The translations under genes and the position numbers were made by a program. Below, in pieces: positions 55,248-64,000 of a stretch of 64,000 nucleotides of DNA. Each line of letters starts with the position of its first letter. Position 1 is the first letter of the stretch. This DNA comes from an uncultured Verrucomicrobiae bacterium (GTDB lineage Bacteria > Verrucomicrobiota > Verrucomicrobiia > Limisphaerales > UBA11358): the NCBI GenBank assembly GCA_963764035.1, contig CAVXQV010000013.1, positions 634,349 to 698,348 on the forward strand, read 5' to 3'. The notes beneath the pieces are model-generated. The model had not been told where the DNA came from. It worked only from the letters and a program-made list of their open reading frames with translations, and ran no database searches.

Positions 55248-55407
55248 ACAGCAAAATCATCTACCAATGCCCGCATCGCGTCCAGCCAGTTGTTTTTGAG
55301 GCAAAATGTGGAAACGGCAGGCCGAATCCTAAAAACACCACTTTGGGCCGCATTTTTATTGGTTCTCATAAAGAAAATGGGTTTTTGAAAGATATAATCC
55401 CGTTTGG

Positions 55408-55551
55408 CCTTGTCCCCACAACTGGTGACATGACGATTTCCGCGGATGGTGTAAGCTACGGCCAGTGGTGTTGAGCAGTTCTCAAGTGTGTTAAGTGTGT
55501 AAGAAAGAGGCCGGACCCGATGTCCGGCCTTAATCTTTTTCCGGGCCAAAA
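55408..55551 (+). ncRNA. Candidate small RNA / conserved non-coding element, copy 2
   Basis: Near-copy of 49386-49520 with an extra aagtgtgt unit; hairpins preserved. Confidence 0.4.
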
Positions 55552-55639
55552 GCCGGGGGAAGTTTCCCGATTGGAAATCAAACTGCCGCGCCCTCCTCTT
55601 TCATTGCCCCGCGCAACGGTCTGATTAAACTCTCCGCCC

Positions 55640-56668
55640 GTGGCCAACAACAACGCCCGCTCATTTCTCGACGACGCCGGCTGGGGCGACGCCGCCCGCG
55701 AATCCCTCACCGGCGACGCTTCCGCGCGCCGATACGTCCGCCTGCGCCAAGCCGGCCGCACCGCCATTCTCATGGATGCCTCGCGTCTGCCGGAAATCAT
55801 CAAGCCGTTTGTCCGAATAGACACGCATCTCCGGCAGCTCGGTTTCAGCGCGCCGGAGATTCTCGCTCGCGATGAGGCCAATGGCCTGCTCCTGCTGGAA
55901 GATTTCGGCGACACCACCTTCGCGCAATTGCTGGACGAATGTGGCTGCGACGCCTCGTCGCAGAGCGTGGCCGCGACGCCTTCGTCGCGCAAATCCCCGG
56001 CGACGAGGCGTCGCAGCCACGACCCAGAAGAACTTTTCGCCCTCGCCACCGATGTCCTGGTTGCCCTGCACCGGCATCCGCAGGCCGTCCCGGAAGGTCT
56101 GCGCGAGTATTCGCCGGAAAAAATGCTGGCGGACATCGAACTATTTCTGGACTGGGGTGCGCCGGGAATTTCCGACAGTGGCCGCGCCGAATTCAAGAAA
56201 GCCTGGCGCGCGGTGCTGCCGATTGCGCACGCGGTGCCGGTGTCGCTGCTGCTGCGCGATTATCACGCCGCCAATCTGATGCACCTGCCCGGTCGCGACG
56301 GCATCCGCCGGGCCGGGCTGCTGGATTTTCAGGACGCCTACCAAGGCCCGGTCACCTACGACCTCGTGTCACTGCTCGAAGACGCGCGGCGCGACGTGCC
56401 GGACGAGTTGCGGAAGAAAATGCTCGCCCGCTACCTGGCGCAATTCCCATCGCTCGACCGCGAAGCTTTTGAAACTTCGCTGGCCGTCCTTGCGGCGCTG
56501 CGGCACACGCGGGTGCTGGCGATTTTTGAAAAGTTGAGCCGCGAAGGAAAAACGGATTACAAGCAGCAGCATACCCCGCGCGTTGAACGCCGGTTGCAAG
56601 CCGCGCTGGCTCATCCCATGCTGGCGGGGGTGCAACGCTGGTTTGACGAATACGCAAAACTGTTCTGA
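55640..56668 (+). CDS. Aminoglycoside-phosphotransferase-family kinase (AmgK-like), with an in-frame palindromic insert
   Basis: LTGDASARRYVR, LLLEDFGD, RDYHAANLM, LDFQDA, YDLVSLLED. Confidence 0.9.
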   Translation: MANNNARSFLDDAGWGDAARESLTGDASARRYVRLRQAGRTAILMDASRLPEIIKPFVRIDTHLRQLGFSAPEILARDEANGLLLLEDFGDTTFAQLLDECGCDASSQSVAATPSSRKSPATRRRSHDPEELFALATDVLVALHRHPQAVPEGLREYSPEKMLADIELFLDWGAPGISDSGRAEFKKAWRAVLPIAHAVPVSLLLRDYHAANLMHLPGRDGIRRAGLLDFQDAYQGPVTYDLVSLLEDARRDVPDELRKKMLARYLAQFPSLDREAFETSLAVLAALRHTRVLAIFEKLSREGKTDYKQQHTPRVERRLQAALAHPMLAGVQRWFDEYAKLF

Positions 56669-56820
56669 CACACGAGCCGTGTTTTCCTCTCGCCCCGGCC
56701 ATCTTGAACGAGGCGGAGCAACGGTGTTTGAATTCGGAGGGCAAATTTTAGATTCGGACGGCATTTCGATGCCGCTTTTTCTTTTCCTTCGTGTTCCAGG
56801 TGTTTAATCTTTGCCCGTTT

Positions 56821-57560
56821 ATGGCTGAATTCAACCGCGCCGACGGACGCGTCTGCAAACCAGTTGCGCCCGCTGCGCTTTCAAAACAACATCGCGCCGA
56901 ACGCCGCCGGCTCCACGCTCATCGAGTGGGGCAACACGCGCGTCATTTGCGGCGTGACCGTCGAGGAGACCGTGCCGCGCTGGATGAAGGAGCAGAAAGC
57001 CGGCGGCGGCTGGCTCACCGCCGAGTATTCCATGCTCCCCTACTCCACGCTGGAGCGCAAACCGCGCGACAGCACGAAGGGGAAGATTGACGGCCGCTCG
57101 CAGGAAATCCAGCGGCTCATCGGCCGCGCCATGCGCGCCGCGCGTCGACCTGGAAAAACTCGGCGAGCGCACGGTCTGGATTGATTGCGACGTGCTCCAG
57201 GCGGACGGCGGCACGCGCACGGCGGCCATCACCGGCGCCTTCGTCGCGCTGTCCGTCGCCGTGCGGCGGTTGATCGCCGCCGGAAAGCTCGCGGAAAATC
57301 CGATCCTTCACGCCGTCGCCGCCGTCAGCGTCGGCATCGTCAACGGCCGGCCGCTGCTGGATTTGTGCTACACCGAGGACGTGGCCGCGTCGGTGGACTT
57401 CAATCTGGTGATGAATTCCGCCGGCGAGTTCATTGAACTTCAAGGCAGCGGCGAGGAGGCCACGTTCAGCGAAAACCAATTGCACGATTTGCTGGCGCTC
57501 GGCAAGGCGGGCATCCGCGACCTGCTCGCCGCGCAGGAAGCAGCGCTCGCACAGGCTTGA
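56821..57560 (+). CDS. rph: Ribonuclease PH (frameshifted)
   Basis: [40 protein letters not shown]. Confidence 0.95.
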
Positions 57561-57565
57561 TTCCC

Positions 57566-58205
57566 GTGGGCACCGCCTATTCCCGAACACTCGCCGCCCA
57601 CGCGCCTGCTGCTGGTCCGCCACGCCGAGGTCGAGCAGCGTTACCACAAGATTTTTGGCGGGACGATTGACATGAACCTCTCGCCACGCGGCCACGAACA
57701 GGCGCGCAAGCTGGCGGAATATCTGCACGGAAAGAAAATTGATGCTGTTTACGCCAGCCCGATGAAGCGCGTCCAGCAAACGCTCGCGCCCTATTTGAAC
57801 AACGGCGCGCCGGCCCAGACCATCATGCCCGCTCTCCGCGAAATCAACTTTGGCGACTGGACCGGCCTGAACTGGGAAAAAGTCTGCGAGCGGTTCAATC
57901 TCGACCCGCACGAATGGCTGGATCACATCGAGCGGGGCATCACTCCCAACGGCGAGAACGGCGCGCAGTTCCGCGCCCGCGTCGAGCCATGCCTGTGCGA
58001 CGTCATCCAACGGCATCCCGGCCAGACGGTGGGCATTTTTTGCCACGGCGGCGTGGTCCGCATGATTCTTTCCATCCTGCTCGAACTGCCGCTGCCAAAA
58101 ACCAATGCCTTTGAAATCGAATACGCCAGCGTCACGCGGGTCGCCTTGCATCCGAAACTGGCGGAAATCGAGCTGCTCAATTTCACGCCGTGGCGCGATT
58201 TATAA
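57566..58205 (+). CDS. Histidine phosphatase family protein (5' frameshift)
   Basis: LLLVRHAE, ASPMKR, LREINFGDWTG, CHGGVVR. Confidence 0.9.
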
Positions 58206-58279
58206 TCGTCATCGTCCTCCTCCTCGTCCTCGTAATCGAGACGAGAAATCGAGGACGAGGACGAGAACGAGGAGGAACG
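58204..58279. repeat. Inverted hexamer repeat clusters (tcgtcc)n / (gaggac)n
   Basis: tcgtcatcgtcctcctcctcgtcctcg ... cgaggacgaggacgagaacgag. Confidence 0.8.
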
Positions 58280-58280
58280 G

Positions 58281-59213
58281 ATGAAAGATAAATCGCTTTG
58301 GAAGATTTCAATCACGACGACGCCGGAGGCCGAGGACGCCGTCGCAGAAATGCTCGGCTCGGTGCTGGCCACGCCAGCTTCGACCTATTTCAATCTTGAG
58401 TCCGGCACCAGCACGGCGACAGTCTATTGCGACGCCAAACCGCCGGCCGACGTCCGCGAAGCCGTTGCCGCCGGACTGGCACAAATCAAAAAATGCGGAC
58501 TGAAGATCGGCCCGGGCAAAATGGCGATTGCCAAAGTCCGGCGGGAGGATTGGGCGGAATCGTGGAAACGGCATTTCAAGCCCATCGAAGTCAGCGGGGC
58601 GCTGCTGATAAAACCAAGCTGGTCCAGGCGCAAGCCGCGGAAAAATCAGGCGGTCGTGGTGCTGGACCCCGGCTTGAGCTTCGGCACCGGCCAGCATCCC
58701 ACAACCTCGTTTTGCCTGCACCAGATTGTGCGGAGCGCGGGCGGCCCGCCCGCAGGTTCCCCGATGGGCAACGCGCGGGCGAGCCGCCCGCGCCCCGCTT
58801 TTTTGGACATCGGCACCGGCTCCGGCATCCTGGCGATTGCCGCCGCGAAGCTGGGTTGCCAGCCGGTGCATGCATTTGACTTTGACGGCAACGCAGTGGA
58901 GATTGCCCGCGTGAACGCCAAGCGAAACCGCGTTGCCGGCAAAATTCATTTGTGGCGCGGCGACGTCGCCAAACTTCTCCTGCGCCCGGCGCGAAAATAC
59001 GATCTGATTTGCGCGAATTTGATTTCCGAGCTGCTGATCGCCGAACGGCGGCGGATTGCCGCACAATTGAATGACGGCGGGACATTGGCCCTGGCCGGTA
59101 TTTTGAAATCCGAGTTCGGGAAAGTGCGGTCGGCGTTTGAAGCATTGGGATTGAAATTGATTTCGAGCAGGACCGGGATGGAATGGCGGTCCGGTTCGTT
59201 CCGACTGGCGTAA
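58281..59213 (+). CDS. prmA: 50S ribosomal protein L11 methyltransferase, with an in-frame palindromic insert
   Basis: EDWAESWK, LDPGLSFGTGQHPTT, LDIGTGSGIL, ICANL. Confidence 0.93.
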   Translation: MKDKSLWKISITTTPEAEDAVAEMLGSVLATPASTYFNLESGTSTATVYCDAKPPADVREAVAAGLAQIKKCGLKIGPGKMAIAKVRREDWAESWKRHFKPIEVSGALLIKPSWSRRKPRKNQAVVVLDPGLSFGTGQHPTTSFCLHQIVRSAGGPPAGSPMGNARASRPRPAFLDIGTGSGILAIAAAKLGCQPVHAFDFDGNAVEIARVNAKRNRVAGKIHLWRGDVAKLLLRPARKYDLICANLISELLIAERRRIAAQLNDGGTLALAGILKSEFGKVRSAFEALGLKLISSRTGMEWRSGSFRLA

Positions 59214-59339
59214 ATATTTATTGAACGCCGGTGCGGTGTGCCAAGTCTGATTGTAGAAGTGAAGAGAATGAATCGCACGTCGCCGGTTGGGGGAGGTTGG
59301 CATGTTTTAGGCTGTAATTTTGGTGAAAGGAAAAATGTT

Positions 59340-59504
59340 ATGATGAAGACACTGGAATTCATGGGCGAAGCAATTCGCAATCCAAAACATCCGTTCCGCA
59401 AAACAGATAATCAGCCCAAAAAAGCGCGCAAAAACCGCTACGAACGCAGGAAAATCAAGGAGTATCTCCACCTGGCGGATTTGCTGACCGAAGAAATGGC
59501 TTAG
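59340..59504 (+). CDS. Small basic hypothetical protein
   Basis: RBS gaaagga; KKARKNRYERRKIKEYL; possible sigma54 site TGGCATGTTTTAGGC at 59298-59312. Confidence 0.6.
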   Translation: MMKTLEFMGEAIRNPKHPFRKTDNQPKKARKNRYERRKIKEYLHLADLLTEEMA

Positions 59505-59844
59505 GCGCGTTTTTAGACAGCGTGCCTAGAAAACGCCAGTGCGGTCCGGGCCAGGCCGGACGAAGGGAAATTGTCTTCCCTGACAGTTTGGGCAGATTCC
59601 GGAAAATAAAGACATAGGTGTCAACACTCCGAAGCCATTCCGGGTGGGAATTCGTTTCTCAATTCTTCAGGGGTGCATTCTTCAATCTCCACAATCCGCT
59701 AACATTGCACGCAGATCGGATGAAGGCGGCCTTTCAAATCCACAACCGGTTAAAGTGAAGATGCGCCTGTGGTTTCCCAGCCTGAAGAAATAACGTCGAA
59801 AATCCCGAAAACGCCGTTGCCGGCGATTGGCTGCTGCTGATCAT

Positions 59845-59877
59845 AAAAAAAACCGCGCCACTCATGTGCCGCGGTTT
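59845..59877 (-). terminator. Rho-independent terminator after rpsR
   Basis: Minus strand aaccgcggcac-loop-gtggcgcgg followed by a T-run. Confidence 0.7.
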
Positions 59878-59934
59878 CTGCAAAATTGTTCAGCCGTCCC
59901 GGCGGCAAACATCCAATGCTGCCGGAACCGCCGG

Positions 59935-60192
59935 TTATTTCATCAGCAACATCTGGCGCGCGCGCTTGATGGCCGTGGTAAGCCGGCGCTGGTAATGCGC
60001 GGGCAGCCCGGTGTATTTGCGCGGCAGGATGCGGCCCTGATCGGTCACGAACTGCCGGAGCAGGTTTGTGTTCTTGAAATCAAGGGCGTCCACGGTGAAG
60101 TCAATCTTCGGCTTCGGGCGCGGCGTGCGGTTTTCCGTCTGGCGGCGCGAGCCGCGTCTGTCGTTTTTGTCGGTATGCGTTTTGCGGGGCAT
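59935..60192 (-). CDS. rpsR: 30S ribosomal protein S18
   Basis: LDFKNTNLLRQFVTDQGRILPRKYTG...AIKRARQM. Confidence 0.96.
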   Translation of the reverse strand: MPRKTHTDKNDRRGSRRQTENRTPRPKPKIDFTVDALDFKNTNLLRQFVTDQGRILPRKYTGLPAHYQRRLTTAIKRARQMLLMK

Positions 60193-60194
60193 GG

Positions 60195-60362
60195 CTACTT
60201 GATCTCCTTATGCAGGGTGTGGCGGCGCAACGCGGGGTTGTATTTTCTGATCTCCAGCTTTTCCGTCTTCAATTTCTTGTTGCGCGAGGTGGTGTAGCGC
60301 GAGGGCGATTTGCCCTCCTTGCGCGCCTCGGTGCATTCAATGGTGATGGTGTCGCGCGGCAT
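60195..60362 (-). CDS. rpmG: 50S ribosomal protein L33
   Basis: Manual translation [55 protein letters not shown]. Confidence 0.95.
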   Translation of the reverse strand: MPRDTITIECTEARKEGKSPSRYTTSRNKKLKTEKLEIRKYNPALRRHTLHKEIK

Positions 60363-60365
60363 AAT

Positions 60366-60953
60366 TTATTCCTTTTCCTTGGCCTTTTGCTCTTCGCCCG
60401 GCTCTTCGTCCTCCGTTTCCACTTCGGTGACGCTGGCGCTGTCAATCGTGCCGAGCGTGCCGAGCCGGCGCTGGCGCAATGCGCCGTCCTTCTCCAGTTG
60501 CGCCTGCGCCGTGACCGTGAAACGGGTCCACGGTATCGCCTCCAGCCGGGCGCGGGGAATCGGCTTGCCGGTCAGTTCGCAGACGCCGTAGGTCTTTTTC
60601 TCGATGCGCTTGAGCGCTTCTTCGATTTCGTAAACGGCGTCCTGGTCCGACGACAGCAGGCTCAAGGCGAAGTCGCGGTCAAAATTGTCCGTGCCCGAAT
60701 CCGCCATGTGCAGGCTGTAACCGGGCATCTCCTGGGCCGAATCCTTCGCCAGCCCGTTCATCTGGTGGAGCAACTGCTCGCGCAATTCCAGCAGGTGGTT
60801 GTAAAACTTCTGCCACTCGGCCTTGATCTTCTTCGGCCCGGCGGACGCGTGGGGCTTGGTCATGGGCCGGCCAAGAATCGCGGCGGTCGTGGCGGAGGCC
60901 TGCGGCCGGCCGTGCGGCGCCGCTTTTTTGGTTTCTGTTTTTTTCGCTGTCAC
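60366..60953 (-). CDS. dksA: TraR/DksA family transcription factor
   Basis: HMADSGTDNFDRD coiled-coil tip; ALKRIEKKTYGVCELTGKPIPRARLEAIPWTRFTV. Confidence 0.9.
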   Translation of the reverse strand: MTAKKTETKKAAPHGRPQASATTAAILGRPMTKPHASAGPKKIKAEWQKFYNHLLELREQLLHQMNGLAKDSAQEMPGYSLHMADSGTDNFDRDFALSLLSSDQDAVYEIEEALKRIEKKTYGVCELTGKPIPRARLEAIPWTRFTVTAQAQLEKDGALRQRRLGTLGTIDSASVTEVETEDEEPGEEQKAKEKE

Positions 60954-61855
60954 AGTTTAATAATCTTTCCGGCTTCAAATCCGGTTCGTCAAGAGCGCGG
61001 GAATGTAGCAGAGGAGAACAAATATGCCACAAAAATCTTAAAGAAAATTCGGCGCGACCGCCCGAATGAAACTGGCGGTGTCTTTTAACCAAAGTTCGAA
61101 CCTTCTTTGAAGAAAACCCGGCTGTCTGATACACCGTTTAGGGTATCCGCACACCCTTCCACACATGAGGAGGGGTGCTGATTTCTAATCATCCTTTGTT
61201 CACAAAGCTTTTGTCGCATTTTGCCTTCAAGTGCGCCCCCCCGACTTCGGTCGGTTTTGCCGCTCACGCGGCTGTCGGGCTGCGCGCGGCCAAGAGGCCG
61301 TGCTCGCCCAAAACCTCCCTCGTCGCTGACGCGACAAACTGGTTCAGGCACAAGCGGCAGGCTCAAAGACCAGCCCGCAGGCGAACGACCGCGAGAACGG
61401 CTCGTAGAGCACGGAGCAACAATTTTCAAATCACTGTGCAAGCGCATGGCTGTTAGCAAATGCTTTTATAGGGTAGAAGCCTTACCCCTTGTCTGGACAA
61501 GGATTCTGCGGCTCGCTCAAATCTCGCCGCTGGACGCTCGGAGTCCCGCGAGACGGCCACGCGATGATCGCGAAATATCCGGCAAGACATCCGGCGAAAT
61601 ATCTCGCCGCAAAACCGCGCTATGTGCCGACAATGGCCGGGCAGTGACAACGGCAACGCCGTCGAATGTCCGGCAGGTTGGCTCGCAAGACAACTCGCGT
61701 TGCGCCGCAGTCATACAGGCGGTGGTCGCGCCGGGAACTTGCGGGACGACTAGCAAGAGACAGCAGCGCAACAGCCGTGCCACGGTTCGCGTAACGGTCA
61801 GAGCAACATCTCGCAAGACAACTTGCTCAAATCTTAACCACGACATTCAAAAATT

Positions 61856-62359
61856 ATGAGCACACCAACTACGTCACCGCCCGATCTCGAAGGACTGCGG
61901 AAAGCGGTTCAGGAATTCCGGCCTAATCCGCATCGCGTCCCGTTCACCAATCTGAAACTTGTCCATGATTCCATCGTGGAATTACGCAACCGAACTATAT
62001 CTTATGCAGCCATCGCCGAATTGTTACAACAGCATGGTATAAAAGCCAGCCGGGCGCGCGTGGCCGAATACGGCCGCATTGTCCTGGACGGAGGTAAAAA
62101 GCGCAAACGGCGGAAACGAGCGACAATCGCGCCGGTCCTCAATGTCCCGGCTACGCCCCAAAGTGCGCCAGCCGTCGCCGCAAAACCCGCGCCGACCACG
62201 GCAGCGCCGGCGGCAGTTACGAACAACGTTCCCCCGCCGGCAAAGGAAAGCTCACCCTACACGTCACGCGGGCCACACATTGCCAACGTGAGGATGATGA
62301 GTCCCGAAGAAAAGGCAGACCTCGATGCTTTCCTGAAAGCAAAAAATGCCCCAAAATAG
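61856..62359 (+). CDS. Hypothetical DNA-binding protein (HTH-like N-terminus, Pro/Ala-rich tail)
   Basis: IVELRNRTISYAAIAELLQQHGIK; basic patch KKRKRRKR. Confidence 0.65.
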   Translation: MSTPTTSPPDLEGLRKAVQEFRPNPHRVPFTNLKLVHDSIVELRNRTISYAAIAELLQQHGIKASRARVAEYGRIVLDGGKKRKRRKRATIAPVLNVPATPQSAPAVAAKPAPTTAAPAAVTNNVPPPAKESSPYTSRGPHIANVRMMSPEEKADLDAFLKAKNAPK

Positions 62360-62468
62360 TGACCGCCGCTCACGCAGCTCGTGGCGCGTTTATCCACTCC
62401 GGCGAGTTGCCGGTTTGATTCATTGGTATTTTCCACCCATGACCGTGACACTTCCCGCGTGAAGCCTT

Positions 62469-62597
62469 AATCGCCGTCCGGTCTTTGGCGAAGCGAGCAT
62501 CGTCAAGGAGGAACGACAAAACGGCGAGTCATGTTTGAGCCGTTTTTCGTAGTGTCCTTGACGACGCGCAGCGAGCCATACAATTGGAAGGCGATTC
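62469..62597. repeat. Long imperfect stem-loop element
   Basis: Nested pairs aatcgcc/ggcgatt, tcgtcaagga/tccttgacga and aaaacggc/gccgtttt. Confidence 0.65.
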
Positions 62598-62650
62598 ACG
62601 CGGAGTTAGTAAATGGTTAGCATTGAATTCGCAACGCGGTTACCCGACGT

Positions 62651-63382
62651 TCAATGACGCGGGATGCTGAATGCATGCTGCCAGGCGCGATTAACATGGG
62701 CGATGATTTCGTCTACGCCGACGCCGTGTTTGATCTGCGCAAAAACAAACGGTCCGTCGCCGCGCATTTTTTTTGTGTCGCGCTCCATGATTTTCAAATC
62801 CGCGCCGATGGCTTCCGCCAAATCGGTTTTGTTGATCACCAGCAAATCGCTTTGCGTGATCCCCGGTCCGCCTTTGCGCGGAATTTTGTCGCCCCCCGCC
62901 ACGTCAATTACTTGAATCGTGTAATCCGCCAGTTCGCGGCTGAAACACGCCGCGAGATTGTCGCCACCGGATTCGATGAGCAAAATCTCCGGCTGAAATT
63001 TGCGGTGAAGCTCTTCAAGCGCGAGCAGGTTGGATGAAATGTCCTCGCGAATTGCCGCGTGCGGACAACCGCCGGTTTCCACCGCGCGAATGCGTTCCGC
63101 TTCGAGCGCATGGTGTTGGGTCAGAAACTCGCCGTCTTCCTTCGTGAAAATGTCATTGGTTACCGCGGCAATATTCATTGTCTCCCGCAGCCGCTTGCAG
63201 AGTTGCAGCATCAACGCCGTCTTGCCGCTGCCCACCGGGCCGCCGATGCCGACCGTGAAGGCGCGTTGGTCGAAATCTCGATCCAACGGCAGTTCGCGCT
63301 CGTGAAAATGTCCGGGATGATCGGAGTGCTTGTGTGAATGGCCGTTGCCGCCGTGGGAATGAAAGTGGAAAAGCAGTTTCAT
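62651..63382 (-). CDS. ureG: Urease accessory GTPase UreG with His-rich N-terminus
   Basis: [44 protein letters not shown]. Confidence 0.96.
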   Translation of the reverse strand: MKLLFHFHSHGGNGHSHKHSDHPGHFHERELPLDRDFDQRAFTVGIGGPVGSGKTALMLQLCKRLRETMNIAAVTNDIFTKEDGEFLTQHHALEAERIRAVETGGCPHAAIREDISSNLLALEELHRKFQPEILLIESGGDNLAACFSRELADYTIQVIDVAGGDKIPRKGGPGITQSDLLVINKTDLAEAIGADLKIMERDTKKMRGDGPFVFAQIKHGVGVDEIIAHVNRAWQHAFSIPRH

Positions 63383-63390
63383 AACTCAAC

Positions 63391-64000
63391 TCAACTCTGA
63401 AACAGTCGCGAATAAAGCCGATCCTGCGCGCCCTGCCACAAATCCAGCAGCGGCGCGGTTTGCGCGATGTCGTCCAGCGACAGCGATTCGCATTTGCTTC
63501 AAAATCATTTCGGCTTTCGGCGAAAGTTCGTGCTGCAACATCTGCGCTTCCATCGGCCCGATGATGTTTAATCGCACCGCCGCCGCAAACACGCCGCGCA
63601 AATGATTGAAGAAAAACATCCGCAGTCGCCGTTTCGCGCGGAATTTCGAGCCGACGCAAACACGCGCCAAAAACCGGGGCAAAATGAGCGAAAGGCGGCG
63701 GCTCCCCGTTTTGTGGCCGCCGACGCAATGAGGCTTCGGTTTGGCTGGAATGAGCCTGTCACCTCGGCCATTACAGGTGAGAAAATCCGTTCCACAGCCG
63801 CCAGAAACGCCCTGCCCTGCAAACGGCTTGCGCGATTGGCCACATGGTTGGTCGTGAACGCATCGCAGAGCGAATCAAATTCCGCAAGTTGCTCCGGCGA
63901 ATCAAATGCCGCCGTCACAAATGGCAGCGCTGCGCGGCCGAGTTGCTCCAAACTGGCGTCGAGAAATAAAATCAATTCGTCGCGATTGCGCACTTCGCCA
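63391..64000 (-). CDS. ureF: Urease accessory protein UreF (partial, frameshifted)
   Basis: ASRLQGRA, AAVRLNIIGPMEAQ, C-terminal DRLYSRLFQS*; directly upstream of ureG. Confidence 0.9.

Overview
GC-rich bacterial chromosome segment, most likely Verrucomicrobiota (Pedosphaera/Limisphaerales-like). This is inferred from a Minf_1886/TIGR04138-type gene and secreted proteins ending in a 'FYRL' domain. The backbone is housekeeping genes (ilvD, rlmI-like, arfB-like, fbaB, rnd, acyl-CoA ligase, ndk, ugd, infA, lpxB, phoH, ybeY, recO, proS, pilD, aroE, amgK-like, rph, prmA, rpsR, rpmG, dksA, ureG, ureF). Many of these are split by single-base indels that look like long-read/consensus errors. The window also has a DUF433/DUF5615 toxin-antitoxin pair, large secreted LamG, LRR and GH30/FN3 proteins, and a ~17 kb integrase-free accessory region between aroE and amgK bounded by two pairs of diverged direct repeats. 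Most notable: three degenerate arrays with a 21-bp period. Two of them lie upstream of otherwise unrelated ~200-225 aa hypothetical genes, and both genes share a nearly identical 20-bp CTTGTGA-N6-TCACAAG palindrome between array and start codon; this is a candidate undescribed array + operator + protein module. Also notable: a four-helix-bundle gene bracketed by inverted heptamer-repeat clusters, palindromic elements inserted inside coding sequences, a duplicated ~130-bp candidate ncRNA, a protein with three RNAP alpha-CTD-like repeats, and plant/fungal-type UreG/UreF. No rRNA, tRNA, CRISPR array or intact transposase/integrase was recognised. All family assignments are from remembered motifs; no database search was run.
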